DNA from: Vulcanimicrobiota bacterium
Lineage (GTDB): Bacteria; Vulcanimicrobiota; Xenobia; Xenobiales; JADMJV01
Reading direction: 5' to 3'
Length of the DNA stretch: 64,000 bases
NCBI GenBank assembly: GCA_050250895.1
Contig: JBFWNU010000001.1
Location: 808,008-872,007, forward strand
In this document: positions 26,316 to 37,739 of the stretch, piece after piece
Numbering within the stretch: the stretch's first letter is position 1
How the letters are laid out: the number at the start of each line of letters is the position of its first letter
Program-made: the position numbers and the translations under genes
Notes under the pieces: generated by a model
What the model was told of the DNA's origin: nothing
What the model saw: only the letters and a program-made list of their open reading frames with translations
Database searches by the model: none

Positions 26316-27487
26316 TGGATGCGCACCTCCACTTCGTGCACGACGTTATGGTGATAACCGGCCGCGTTCCAAAGGGCTTTGGTCACCTGAGTCTGGCCGA
26401 TCTTGTTGGTGGCGCGAGCCATCAAATGCAGCTTGCCGGCATGGGTAGACAGCCTCAGGTTGAACGGTTGAAACGAGTAAGGGCCCTGGTTCTTCTCGAG
26501 CGTGGCGCGTTTCCAGGACCGTCCCAGATCATCCGAGATCTCGACGGTTTCGATGCCGTAGCCGCCATCCCAGGCCAATCCTCGCACCACCAGCTTTCCG
26601 CTGCGAAGATTGGCCCCGCTCTCGGGAGCGGTGATGAGCGAGTTGACCATGATCTCGGTAATGGGGGTCTTGCCGTCTTTTTCCTGGGTGGGAAAGTCCT
26701 GGTTGACCGGAAACAGACCGGCCGGTATGCGATAGGCCGGATCCATCCAGAAGTTGGCCAGGGGGGCGGTCAAGAACTCTATCGAGTCAAGCTGCTTGAT
26801 CCAATAGGTGGCCGTCCAACCGGGCACCACCAACCTGGCCGGAAAGCCGTTCCAATGCGGCAGCGCCTCGCCATTCATCTCGAAAGCGACCAGCACGTTC
26901 TCGTCTAAGGCCCGGCTCAAGGGCAGGCTCTTGGCAAAGTCGGGTGTGGCTTTGTGGACCGGCCGGTCGGCGCCGGCGAAGGCTACCTCGACGACCCCGT
27001 CTTTGACCTGGGCCTTCTGGAGCAGGTCGGCCAGGCGCACGCCCTTCCACCGGGCGTTGCCCATCGCTCCATAACCCCACTGCACGCCGGGAACGTGCGG
27101 AGCCGACAGTCCACGCCGGTTGCCCGAGCACTGACAGACTGCCGTCACCTCGTAGAGGTTGAAGTCCTGGCGCAATTGCTCGAGGGTGAACTCTTGCGGC
27201 TTGGCGCAGGCGCCACCGATCTTCAGCTTCCACTTCTCCGCCTTGACGCGAGGAATGCCGGAAAGATGCCAGCGCACGAAAAAAGCATCGTTGGGAGTGA
27301 TCTCTTGCTGAAAGTAGTTGAGCGGAGTCTCGTAGTTCGGGGGCCGAAAGCTTCGCTTGATCAACGGCTTCTTGCCGGCCAGCGTCTCCATCGAGGCGGT
27401 CTCGAGCGCTCCGCTGGGCATCCCCTCGGCCCAGACCGGCGCGGACGCCAGGGCCAGGCCGGCTAGCAAAAATCTCCGTCGGTCCAC
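26312..27487 (-). CDS. sorA: sulfite:cytochrome c oxidoreductase molybdopterin subunit
   Basis: Tat signal RRRFL; FFVRWH, QCSGNRR and NGFPARLVVPGW motifs. Confidence 0.88.
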   Translation of the reverse strand: MDRRRFLLAGLALASAPVWAEGMPSGALETASMETLAGKKPLIKRSFRPPNYETPLNYFQQEITPNDAFFVRWHLSGIPRVKAEKWKLKIGGACAKPQEFTLEQLRQDFNLYEVTAVCQCSGNRRGLSAPHVPGVQWGYGAMGNARWKGVRLADLLQKAQVKDGVVEVAFAGADRPVHKATPDFAKSLPLSRALDENVLVAFEMNGEALPHWNGFPARLVVPGWTATYWIKQLDSIEFLTAPLANFWMDPAYRIPAGLFPVNQDFPTQEKDGKTPITEIMVNSLITAPESGANLRSGKLVVRGLAWDGGYGIETVEISDDLGRSWKRATLEKNQGPYSFQPFNLRLSTHAGKLHLMARATNKIGQTQVTKALWNAAGYHHNVVHEVEVRIQ

Positions 27488-27544
27488 CCCTCCCCTTTCG
27501 CTAAGCCTGGTTACCGTCCTAGGCTCCTCGTGAAATTCGTCCGG

Positions 27545-28120
27545 CTAGCTCAACTTCGTGAGCAACTGGGTCAACCCTCGACCCAGGTCTTGAATCGAGA
27601 CCTGGCGGCCGCCGTCCAACAACTGACCATCTTCCCCAAAGGCCGAACCGGCCCCGGAGACGGCCACCTGTTTCGGGGTGACATGAACTCCTAGATTCGA
27701 CAGCAGCAGCCGGAAAATGGGCAACCCGCGCAACCCCCCCAGGCCACCCGGCGAGGCGCTCATGATGGTGGCGTATTTGCCAGAAAAGGCGAACAGAGAT
27801 GGCTTTCCCTCGACCGGGCGCGAGATCCAATCGATGGCGTTCTTGAGCACTCCCGGCATCATGCTGTTGTACTCGGGGCACGAAATCAAGAAACCGTCTT
27901 GCTTCTCGAACAGGGCCTGCAGAAGCAGGGCGTTTTCGGGCAAGCCGCTGGAGGCCTCGATGTCACCGTCATAGAGCGGCAGGGGATAGTCGCGCAAGTT
28001 GACCCGGGTGACTTCGGCACCGGCCTCTTCAGCGGCTGCGGCCGCGATCAAGACGAGTTTGGAGTTGAAAGATTCTTTTCTCAGGCTACCCGAGAAGGCG
28101 AGGATTCTTGGCTTTGACAT
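27545..28120 (-). CDS. NADPH-dependent FMN reductase
   Basis: GSLRKESFN, PEYNS..PGVLKNAIDWISR and SPGGLGGLRG motifs. Confidence 0.93.
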   Translation of the reverse strand: MSKPRILAFSGSLRKESFNSKLVLIAAAAAEEAGAEVTRVNLRDYPLPLYDGDIEASSGLPENALLLQALFEKQDGFLISCPEYNSMMPGVLKNAIDWISRPVEGKPSLFAFSGKYATIMSASPGGLGGLRGLPIFRLLLSNLGVHVTPKQVAVSGAGSAFGEDGQLLDGGRQVSIQDLGRGLTQLLTKLS

Positions 28121-28422
28121 CCGCGCCCAATTTTGCGCGTCTCACGAGTGTCCCTCCAGCCCGACAGGATTGCCTGAGCCAGAGGTTGCCCGGCTAGCGA
28201 AGAGACCACCACCACATAGCGGCCATCGCGTGAAAGAGGTTGTTCCCAGACGGCCCGGCCCCAGACCGAGACGCGCTCGCAACCCTGGCTCATCTCCAGT
28301 TCGAGCAATTCGTCGCCGAGCGGCTGGCTGCACAGAAGATTGATGCCGTGAACCGTCCAGCCGAGAAATTCCGGATGATAACCCTGGCCGACTACCCTCA
28401 CCTGAATTCCACTGCACTCCAT
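28081..28422 (-). CDS. small degenerate PilZ-like beta-barrel protein
   Basis: AGGAGG RBS, TAGAGT -10 and CRP-type box upstream; G..L......LEL...V...GRAVW pattern; overlaps the next gene by 40 nt. Confidence 0.5.
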   Translation of the reverse strand: MECSGIQVRVVGQGYHPEFLGWTVHGINLLCSQPLGDELLELEMSQGCERVSVWGRAVWEQPLSRDGRYVVVVSSLAGQPLAQAILSGWRDTRETRKIGRGCQSQESSPSRVA

Positions 28423-28468
28423 GGCGCCTCCTGTTACGCATTAACTCTAGCACGCTGGCCCCGGGACG

Positions 28469-28490
28469 AAATGTGATCCCGTTCACAAAG
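28469..28490. promoter_or_regulatory. CRP-family binding site
   Basis: aaaTGTGA tcccgt TCACAaag matches TGTGA-N6-TCACA exactly. Confidence 0.7.
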
Positions 28491-28578
28491 ACGGGGAAAA
28501 GTCTCTTGCCGCCGAAGTCTTCCCGCACGTGAAACTTCTCGGGGAAGTCTCTGCTCGGGTCGGAGTGGAAGGGCCGCG

Positions 28579-29508
28579 ATGAGCGATATCATCACTGGCT
28601 CGGAAAGCTGGCTTGGCACCTGGTTCAAAGATCCGACCGTAACCAAGCTCATCGTGCTCGCTGTGGGCCTACTCCTGATCCAGTTCGTGGTGAAACTGTC
28701 CCATCGAGCGGTCAACCGTCAACTCGAGAGCGCCGAAGCAGCCCGGACCACCAAGCGACTGCTCAGCCTTCTGGGCTACCTGGTTGCCCTGCTGCTGGTC
28801 ACCTCGGTCTTTCGCGATAAACTGGGCGGAATCACGGTGGCTTTTGGAGTGGCGGGAGCCGGCATCGCCCTCGCGCTGCAAGAGGTTATCGCCAGCGTGG
28901 CCGGCTGGCTCGCCATCAGCCTGGGCGGATTCTACAAAGTGGGCGACCGAGTGCTGCTGGGTGGTATCCGTGGCGACGTGATCAACATCGGTGTCGTACG
29001 GACCACCATGATGGAACTGGGCGACTGGGTCAAAGGCGATCTCTACAACGGCCGGATCGTGCGAGTGGCGAACAGCTTCGTGTTCAAAGAGCCTGTCTAC
29101 AACTACTCGGGAGACTTCCCTTTTTTGTGGGACGAGCTGACCCTGCCCATCAAATACGGATGCGACTGGAAGCTCTTCGAGAAGGTCCTGGGCGAGGTTG
29201 CCCTCGAGGTGGTCGGCGACTACGTCGACGAGGCCGAGAAGAGCTGGCGACAGATGGTCAAGAACTACGCCATCGAAAACGCCGTGGTCGAGCCGATGGT
29301 CTCGATGGTCGCCAATGACAACTGGATCGAGTTCACCCTGCGCTACGTGGTCGACTTCAAACGCCGCCGAGGCACCAAAACGCTGCTTTTTCGTCGCATC
29401 CTGGAAGAAATCGAAAAGCGTCCCGAACAGCTGGCTATCGCCTCGGCCACCTTCCACCTGGTCGAGACCCCGACCCTCCACGTCAGCCTGACCCCGGTCG
29501 AAACCTAA
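28579..29508 (+). CDS. mscS: small-conductance mechanosensitive channel
   Basis: GIALALQE..AS..GW, Y.VGDRV..G..RGDV..IG...T and V.NYS motifs. Confidence 0.9.
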   Translation: MSDIITGSESWLGTWFKDPTVTKLIVLAVGLLLIQFVVKLSHRAVNRQLESAEAARTTKRLLSLLGYLVALLLVTSVFRDKLGGITVAFGVAGAGIALALQEVIASVAGWLAISLGGFYKVGDRVLLGGIRGDVINIGVVRTTMMELGDWVKGDLYNGRIVRVANSFVFKEPVYNYSGDFPFLWDELTLPIKYGCDWKLFEKVLGEVALEVVGDYVDEAEKSWRQMVKNYAIENAVVEPMVSMVANDNWIEFTLRYVVDFKRRRGTKTLLFRRILEEIEKRPEQLAIASATFHLVETPTLHVSLTPVET

Positions 29509-30218
29509 CGCAACAACACGGCCAGGTAGCTGTCGATCAGGCCGGCCGTCTGTTCGGAGATACTCTCGAACTCGACCCCGTGCTGAAAGAGCTTGCCCGA
29601 TTTGCGAACCAACACGACCCGCGCCCGCACGGTGAAGCAGGGCAGGTCCTCGAGGGGGCCAATCTCCACATCCACCACGGTTCCGCGCCCAAAATTGCGT
29701 TGACCCTCGATGAGTGCCCCACCCGGCCCCAGGTCGTAGATGCGCCCCTCATAGGAATGGCCATTGTCGCTGCGCACCTGGGTGGGGAGAAAGCAAGCCG
29801 CTCTCACCAGTTTGCGCTTCTGGTTGGCTCGCTGGCCGCGATAGCCCAGTTGGCGCAGTCGCGTGCCCACCCAGGTTTTCTCGAGCTCGGCCTCTTCGGC
29901 TTCAAACCCCAGGCCAACCAGCGTAGAGGAGTCACCATCGAGCTTGCGGGTCCAGAGCACCCGGACCGCGGCCGGCTCGGACTTGGAGGTGTGCTCGAGT
30001 TCAAGCATCTGGCCGGGCTTGGGCGGAATGAAACAGCTGAGCTTGAGCCCCTTGGGACCCAGGTCGAGCACGGTCGCGCTCAGACGCTCACCATCGTGTC
30101 GAAAGTGAACCTCGAAGTCGCAGACAAAGCGAACCTCTTGACGCCGCTCACGAAAATCCCATTCGGCCGGGGCGGCGCCCACCAGAGTCCGGATCCCATC
30201 AAGAAACCCCCGTAGCAT
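29505..30218 (-). CDS. tandem PilZ-domain protein
   Basis: ERRQEVR/DLGPKG and QKRKLVR/DLGPGG (RxxxR and DxxxxG motifs, twice). Confidence 0.85.
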   Translation of the reverse strand: MLRGFLDGIRTLVGAAPAEWDFRERRQEVRFVCDFEVHFRHDGERLSATVLDLGPKGLKLSCFIPPKPGQMLELEHTSKSEPAAVRVLWTRKLDGDSSTLVGLGFEAEEAELEKTWVGTRLRQLGYRGQRANQKRKLVRAACFLPTQVRSDNGHSYEGRIYDLGPGGALIEGQRNFGRGTVVDVEIGPLEDLPCFTVRARVVLVRKSGKLFQHGVEFESISEQTAGLIDSYLAVLLR

Positions 30219-30242
30219 CCTAAAAAATTCCGGGAGTCTCCC

Positions 30243-30557
30243 TCACGCTCCTTCGACTACCGGGCCAAAAATCGCCCAGACGGTCAGATCCTGGCTAAAA
30301 TCCTCGAACTGATGTGGAGCGCCCGCCTCGACATAGAGCATGTCACCGGGCTCGAACAGACAGACCTCGTCGCGGACCCGCAACTTACCCGAGCCCTTGA
30401 TCACCACATAGACCTCGTCCTCGCGATGGGGCTGCTGGGGGTCGTAGCCTTTGGGGGCATAGAGCACGGCCCGCAGATTCTGATGCCGAAAGGCCTCGAC
30501 GAAACGTTCGCCTTGCTCGGGCAACTTCTGTGCCAGGTCATCGACCCGATACCTCAT
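30243..30557 (-). CDS. cupin domain protein
   Basis: QQPH.EDEVYVV..G.G...PGD.LYV.AG..H.F; ATG 30557 with GGAGG. Confidence 0.9.
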   Translation of the reverse strand: MRYRVDDLAQKLPEQGERFVEAFRHQNLRAVLYAPKGYDPQQPHREDEVYVVIKGSGKLRVRDEVCLFEPGDMLYVEAGAPHQFEDFSQDLTVWAIFGPVVEGA

Positions 30558-30570
30558 GGTGACCTCCAAA

Positions 30571-30602
30571 GAAAAAAGCCCCGGCCGAAGCCGGGGCTCT
30601 TT
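30571..30602 (-). terminator. groESL intrinsic terminator
   Basis: AGCCCCGGC-TTCG-GCCGGGGCT-TTTTT. Confidence 0.9.
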
Positions 30603-30613
30603 CTAGCCGTTGA

Positions 30614-32257
<1,644 letters not shown>

Positions 32258-32563
32258 TTATTCGATGATGGCGAGAATTTCAGACTCTTTGACGATCAGA
32301 TAATCTTCGCCATCGAGCTTGACTTCGGTGCCGGAATACTTGCCGTAGAGAACGCGATCGCCGACTTTGACAGTCATTTTGATCAGCTCTCCCGAGTCGG
32401 CAATCTTGCCGTTGCCGACGGCAACGACTTCGCCCTGCTGGGGCTTTTCTTTAGCGGTGTCGGGAAGGATCACGCCGCCAGCGGTTTTCTCTTCCTGGGG
32501 AAGGGCGGAAATGATGACCCGGTCGCCCATGGGACGAACTTTCAATTTGCTCTTGGTGGCCAT
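32258..32563 (-). CDS. groS: co-chaperonin GroES
   Basis: [19 protein letters not shown] and KYSGTEVK motifs; ATG 32563 with GGAGG. Confidence 0.98.
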   Translation of the reverse strand: MATKSKLKVRPMGDRVIISALPQEEKTAGGVILPDTAKEKPQQGEVVAVGNGKIADSGELIKMTVKVGDRVLYGKYSGTEVKLDGEDYLIVKESEILAIIE

Positions 32564-32849
32564 TCTGGCTAACCTCCTCTGTTGTTTAAGGGAATACCCG
32601 TTATACGCATAGCCCTGGAGTAGCCAGGGCGGATGAACCACTGCGAGCCTCATCCTAAACGGTTCACGTTAGACGTGTACCAGAATACTGTTAGAACTGT
32701 ATTAGAGGCTCGAAGCCGCCTGGCTACTGGATTTCTCAGATACCCGAAGGGAACGGGCCTCCAAACCATGTGGAGGAAGTTCACATTCTGTTAACAGAAG
32801 GTCCGTCGCATCCAATCTCTGGCCTGGGGTTGGGCCCTAAAGTAGGGCT

Positions 32850-33059
32850 ATGAACGCTGCCATGCCAAAAAACCTCCGCGCCGACTTCATGAAGGCCCTG
32901 ACCACGATGCCGAGCTTTCCCAGCTTCGAGCTGCCCAAAGCGGGCCAGGTCAGCCCCATCGGGACTCCCGAGTTGATGAAGTTCATGAAAGCGATGGACC
33001 AGTTCTACACCGGTCTTTCGGGCTTTGCTGGCAACCCGTTCAACGTTCACCAGGCCTGA
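32850..33059 (+). CDS. small hypothetical protein (69 aa)
   Basis: TAAAGT -10 box 6 nt before ATG; GC3-rich codons; fills the gap up to the convergent acyl-CoA dehydrogenase. Confidence 0.65.
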   Translation: MNAAMPKNLRADFMKALTTMPSFPSFELPKAGQVSPIGTPELMKFMKAMDQFYTGLSGFAGNPFNVHQA

Positions 33060-33061
33060 TT

Positions 33062-34837
33062 TCAAGCGAAGACCAGGGCGGCGGACTCCTCGGTCTCGGT
33101 GACGGTCAGGCGCTCGCTGGCTTGAAGCACCCGGGCCAACCCGTGGTTGAGCGGTAACTCGTACTGATAGAAGAACTTCATGGCGTGGATCTTGGCTTTG
33201 AGAAACTCGGAGCCGGCGCCCTCCTGGTGAGCCGTAACGGCCATCTTCATCCACAGCCATCCAATTACGATGTTGGAGAAGAACTCCATATAGACGGTGG
33301 CATCCGAGAGAAAAGTTTCGATTTCTCCCTGCATGGCCAGCGGCATCAGGTGTTTGAGAACCTCACGATTGAGAACCAGTTGCTCTTCGAGTTGCTGAGC
33401 CTGCTCAGCGAAGGTGGACTGGGCCAGAGTGGCTCGAATCTCTCGCTCGAGCAGGTCGAGGGCCCGCCCCTTCTGGTCGAGGATCTTACGGCCCAAAAGG
33501 TCGAGCGACTGAATCCCGGTCGTGCCTTCATAGATCGACATGATCCGGATGTCGCGATAGTAGAGTTGCAGGATGTATTCGTCGCAGAAACCCGCCCCGC
33601 CTAAGACCTGAACGCCCAGGTCGACCGAACGCTTGCCGGCCTCGGAAGGATAGGTCTTGGTCACCGGCGTCAAAAGCTCCAAAAGGAGGTGGTACTTCTG
33701 CGCCTCGTCGCCCTGGGCCGCGTGGGCCATATCGTAGTAGTAAGCGGTCTGAAGGATCAGGGCCAGCGAGGCCTCGGAGATGCACTTCTGGGTGAGCAAC
33801 ATCCGGCGCACATCCGGGTGGTTGATGATCAGGGTTTGCTCTTGACTGACATCCTTCTTGCCGCCGTTGCTCAGCCGGCGACCTTGAGGTCGTTCTTTGG
33901 CAAAGGCCAGCGAGGCTTCGTAGGCGGCGGTGGCAATGGCCGCGGCCGAGCGACCGACGGCCAGCCTGGCCGAGTTCATCATCTGGAACATCTGAGCCAG
34001 GCCGTGGTGAAGCTTGCCCACCAGATAGCCACGGCAGTCGTCCTCTTCGCCGAACACGATGTGGGTGGTACAATAGCCGCGCTGGCCCAGCTTCTGGAAA
34101 TCGCCGGCGCAAGCCACGTCGTTGGGAGTGCCGTCCAGGCGGAACTTGGGCACCACCATCAGCGAGATGCCTTTGGTGCCGGGACCGCCCCCTGGTACCC
34201 GGGCCAGCACCAGGTGAACGATGTTGTCGACGTACTTATAATCCCCCCCCGAAATCCAGATCTTCTGGCCGCGAATCTTGTAGCTGCCGTCTTCCTGGGG
34301 GATAGCCTCGGTCTTGACATCCGACAACGAGCTGCCGGCCTGGGGCTCGGTGAGGCACATCGTGCCGCCCCAGCGACCCTCCAGCATTTTGGGAAGATAG
34401 TCGTCCTTGAGCTGTTGCGAGCCGAACACGGCCACCAGCTCGGCCGCGCCGAAAGTCAGGTTAGAGTAGCCCGAGACGTGGTTGTTGGCGGCATCGATGA
34501 CGTAGTTGAGGGCCTGGAAAAGGGTCATAGGCAGCTGCAATCCGCCGTCGTCATAGTCGAGGGGAGCCCCGATCATGCCCATCTCGCCCAGGGTCTTCAT
34601 GGTCGTGCCCACCACCGGATGCACCACCACCGAGCCGTCTTCAAAGCGGGCCGGGGCCGCGTCCATCTCGCGCAGGGTGGGATAGAGCTCGCTATCGGAC
34701 AGCTTCTTGACCGTCTCGAGGATCTGCTTGAACGAGACCACATCGTGATCGGAGAAACGGGCCAGGCGAGTCAACGACTCCAACCCGACCACCTTGAAGA
34801 GCTGCCACTGGACGTTGTCCATATCGACGTATTTCAT
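33062..34837 (-). CDS. acyl-CoA dehydrogenase (long form)
   Basis: GTMCLTEPQAGSSL, GQKIWISGG, QVLGGAG and IYEGTTGIQSLDLLGRK motifs; ATG 34837. Confidence 0.95.
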   Translation of the reverse strand: MKYVDMDNVQWQLFKVVGLESLTRLARFSDHDVVSFKQILETVKKLSDSELYPTLREMDAAPARFEDGSVVVHPVVGTTMKTLGEMGMIGAPLDYDDGGLQLPMTLFQALNYVIDAANNHVSGYSNLTFGAAELVAVFGSQQLKDDYLPKMLEGRWGGTMCLTEPQAGSSLSDVKTEAIPQEDGSYKIRGQKIWISGGDYKYVDNIVHLVLARVPGGGPGTKGISLMVVPKFRLDGTPNDVACAGDFQKLGQRGYCTTHIVFGEEDDCRGYLVGKLHHGLAQMFQMMNSARLAVGRSAAAIATAAYEASLAFAKERPQGRRLSNGGKKDVSQEQTLIINHPDVRRMLLTQKCISEASLALILQTAYYYDMAHAAQGDEAQKYHLLLELLTPVTKTYPSEAGKRSVDLGVQVLGGAGFCDEYILQLYYRDIRIMSIYEGTTGIQSLDLLGRKILDQKGRALDLLEREIRATLAQSTFAEQAQQLEEQLVLNREVLKHLMPLAMQGEIETFLSDATVYMEFFSNIVIGWLWMKMAVTAHQEGAGSEFLKAKIHAMKFFYQYELPLNHGLARVLQASERLTVTETEESAALVFA

Positions 34838-35017
34838 GGGCCGCCCCTTCGCTGGAGGTGATCTCCATTCTTGCCTACCCGTGATCTGCAACCGGAGTTC
34901 GAGGGGGACTCGCTGGTCGCCCTGGCTTTGGGAACCTGGGGTGAGGAAGAGTCCCTGGCAGCCGTCATCCCACCGGGCTACCTTCCCAGCTGGGAGCGAA
35001 GCGAATAGCCTCGGTCT

Positions 35018-35740
35018 CTACCCCAGAAACTGGGGCAGCCACTCGACCAGGTCGGCCTCGACCCGATGGGTGGCCAGGTGGTCGTGGTCGGTGGCTCCGC
35101 GATTGACGACCACGTAAGGAACGCCCCGCTGGGCCGCCAGCCTGGGCACCGAGGCGGCGGGTTCGACCGAAAGGGTCGAACCCAGACTCAAGACCAGGTC
35201 GGCCTCTTCGGCCAGGCTGAAGGCTCGTCCGAGCAAAGCCTGGTCCAGGGCCTGTCCAAACGAGATGGTGGCGGGCTTTAGCCAGCCTCCGCAGGCGGGA
35301 CATTTGGGTGGCTGGCGGCTGGCCTCGAACTCGCGAAACGAGCGCTCGGGTTGCTCACGATGGTCGCAGCCAAGGCAAGCCACCAGGCGATTGGTGCCGT
35401 GCAACTCCAGCACCTTGTCCTCGGGCAGGCCGGCCAGCACGTGCAAGCCGTCGATGTTCTGGGTCACCACCGCCAATAACTTGCCCCGCCGGTCGAGTTC
35501 GACCAGAGCCAGATGCGCCGCGTTGGGCTGGGCCAGGCAAAAGCCCTCATAGCCTTCGAGCTTGTAGTCCCAGTATTCGACCCGCTTTTCGTGGTCGGCC
35601 AGAAACTCCTGAATCAAGACCGGCTGGCGTCGCTTCCAAACCCCCTGGGGACCACGAAAGTCGGGAATCCCCGAGCCCGTCGAGATGCCCGCCCCGGTAA
35701 AAACCAGCACTTTGCTTGCCCGCGCTAACAGCTCTTGCAT
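35018..35740 (-). CDS. cobB: Sir2-family NAD-dependent deacylase
   Basis: TGAGISTGSGIPDFRG, TQNIDGLH, ELHG, two CxxC and GSTL.V.PAA motifs; ATG 35740. Confidence 0.92.
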   Translation of the reverse strand: MQELLARASKVLVFTGAGISTGSGIPDFRGPQGVWKRRQPVLIQEFLADHEKRVEYWDYKLEGYEGFCLAQPNAAHLALVELDRRGKLLAVVTQNIDGLHVLAGLPEDKVLELHGTNRLVACLGCDHREQPERSFREFEASRQPPKCPACGGWLKPATISFGQALDQALLGRAFSLAEEADLVLSLGSTLSVEPAASVPRLAAQRGVPYVVVNRGATDHDHLATHRVEADLVEWLPQFLG

Positions 35741-35796
35741 CGCCCCCTCTTCGGGCCGGCCAGGGTGCCGACCTGGAGAGGCCGAACCTGACCCCC

Positions 35797-36885
35797 ATGA
35801 AAACCCTGGCCGACCTTCAAGCCACCACCGAAGCCCTGGTGCGGATTCCCTCCATCTCGAGCGACCGCCAGGCCTGCAACGACGTTCTGGATTTCCTGCG
35901 CTCCCAACTGGTCGACCCCGACTCGTTCCACCTCGAGGTTTTCGAATACCAGGGCTATCGCTCGCTGATCGTCTCGACCGTGCCCGGGCGCCAGGCCCCA
36001 CTGATCCTCAACGGCCATGTGGACGTGGTCTGGGCCGACACCGACCAGTTCGTACCTCGGCCCCAGAACGGCCATCTCTGGGGTCGGGGCACCTATGACA
36101 TGAAGGGCTCGGTGGCCGTCTTTCTCGAGATTCTCAAGGACCTCGGCAAGCTGCCCCCCGCCCAACGCCCCAAGGTTCAATTCCAATTTGTTTCCGACGA
36201 AGAGATTGGCGGTCATCGCGGGGTCGAGCGTATGGTCGACGAGGGCTTCGACACCGACTTGATGATCGCCGGTGAACCCACCGACCTGGGCATCTGCCAC
36301 CAGGCCAAAGGGGTCTACTGGTTGACCCTTCGCCTGAAGGGCCAGCCCGGGCACGCCGCCCGCCCCTGGCTCACTCGCAATCCGATCCTGGCTCTGTCGC
36401 GCGGCCTCAACGCCCTTTTGGCTCGCTACCCCACTCCCATCGAGCCGGTCTGGCAGACCACCGCCACTCCCACCGGGCTTTTGGCCGGCAACTCGCACAA
36501 CCGGGTACCCGACACGGTCGAGTTCAAGCTCGACATCCGTTACGTTCCCGAAGACGCCCCCGAGGACATCCGTCGCTTTCTCGAAAGCGTCTTTCCCCAT
36601 TGCGAGATCGAAGTGGTCCAGTTAGCCGTGCCCTTGATGACTGCCGCCGACCACCCCCTGGTCGAGCGGGTGGCGGGGCTGCAAGAGCAGATGCTGGGCC
36701 AACGGCCGCGCTTCTTCTCCGAGCACTTCGCCTCGGACGCCCGCTATTATAGCGCCAAAGGCACCCCGGCCATTTGCTGGGGACCGTGTGGGGCCGGCAT
36801 GCACGCCGACGACGAGCGGGTCGAACTCGAGAGTCTCCACACCTACTATCGACTGGTGCACCAGTTGCTGACCCTCTATCGTTAG
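35797..36885 (+). CDS. M20 family metallopeptidase (ArgE/DapE-like)
   Basis: NGHVDVV, GRGTYDMKG, DEEIGG, GEPT and H..DE motifs; ATG 35797. Confidence 0.9.
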   Translation: MKTLADLQATTEALVRIPSISSDRQACNDVLDFLRSQLVDPDSFHLEVFEYQGYRSLIVSTVPGRQAPLILNGHVDVVWADTDQFVPRPQNGHLWGRGTYDMKGSVAVFLEILKDLGKLPPAQRPKVQFQFVSDEEIGGHRGVERMVDEGFDTDLMIAGEPTDLGICHQAKGVYWLTLRLKGQPGHAARPWLTRNPILALSRGLNALLARYPTPIEPVWQTTATPTGLLAGNSHNRVPDTVEFKLDIRYVPEDAPEDIRRFLESVFPHCEIEVVQLAVPLMTAADHPLVERVAGLQEQMLGQRPRFFSEHFASDARYYSAKGTPAICWGPCGAGMHADDERVELESLHTYYRLVHQLLTLYR

Positions 36886-36894
36886 GAGCCACCT

Positions 36895-37662
36895 GTGGGC
36901 AAAGCGTCACGCAAGAAAAAACAACACAGACTGGCTCCCTCTTACACCGAGCAACTGCTAAGTCGGGCCGACCCGGCCCTACGAAAGTTCTACAAGTCGG
37001 CCTGCCGCGAGCAAGAGAAGCGCACCCGGGCCCGCCTGGAGAAAGACGATCCGATGTCGGCCATCCGCGCGGCGCTCGACTCCATCCGCTCGCTCGAGCA
37101 ACTCGCCCTCAACCTGCAGCTCGATTTCTCGCCCCAACTGGCCTGCCGCCAGGGTTGCTCGTTCTGCTGCTATCCGCCCGTGTCGGCCAACCTGCCCGAA
37201 GTGCTCAACCTGGTGGCCTACCTCAAGACCCAGACCAGCCCCGAAACCTTCGACCGCCTGCGCCAGAAAGTGCGTGAGCGGGCCGAGCAAACTCAGGCCA
37301 TGACCACCGCCGAGCGCCACCGCATCAGTCTGGCCTGCCCCTTTCTCGAAGACGGCAAGTGCAGCGTCTATCCGGCCCGTCCCCTGGCCTGTCGCGGCTT
37401 TAACTCACGCGATGTGGCTGCCTGCGAGAAAGCCTTCCAAGCTCCTGAGGAGCCCCCACAAATCCCGGCTTTTCTACCCCTACTACTGGCGGCTCAGGCC
37501 GTCAAAGACGGGCTGCGCCTGGGTATCGAGGCCAGCGGCCTGCCGTCCGAGCTGCTCGACCTTACCAAGGCTTGCGACCTGGTGATGGATGACCTCGACG
37601 GAGTGGCCCAGGGCTTTATCGAAGGGCGGGGCCTCGACTCCTCAGCCCGGGCCTTTGAATAG
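36895..37662 (+). CDS. YkgJ-family cysteine cluster protein
   Basis: CRQGCSFCC and CPFL...CSVY.ARPLACR motifs. Confidence 0.85.
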   Translation: MGKASRKKKQHRLAPSYTEQLLSRADPALRKFYKSACREQEKRTRARLEKDDPMSAIRAALDSIRSLEQLALNLQLDFSPQLACRQGCSFCCYPPVSANLPEVLNLVAYLKTQTSPETFDRLRQKVRERAEQTQAMTTAERHRISLACPFLEDGKCSVYPARPLACRGFNSRDVAACEKAFQAPEEPPQIPAFLPLLLAAQAVKDGLRLGIEASGLPSELLDLTKACDLVMDDLDGVAQGFIEGRGLDSSARAFE

Positions 37663-37739
37663 GTCGCCCCCCCTTCGGATGGCCCCCTTCTATCAATGTG
37701 GATGCCTTCCGGGAAGGCCCCGAGTGCTAGCCTGAATCC

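Noticed and set aside
32640-32720. CIRCE or HAIR heat-shock operator upstream of groES
   Set aside because: TTAGAACTG resembles a CIRCE half-site, but there is no GAGTGCTAA partner 9 nt away and no CTTGAGT-N7-ACTCAAG.
34840-35017. Riboswitch or sRNA between the sirtuin and the acyl-CoA dehydrogenase
   Set aside because: No recognisable aptamer or U-tailed terminator; only short GC stems expected by chance.
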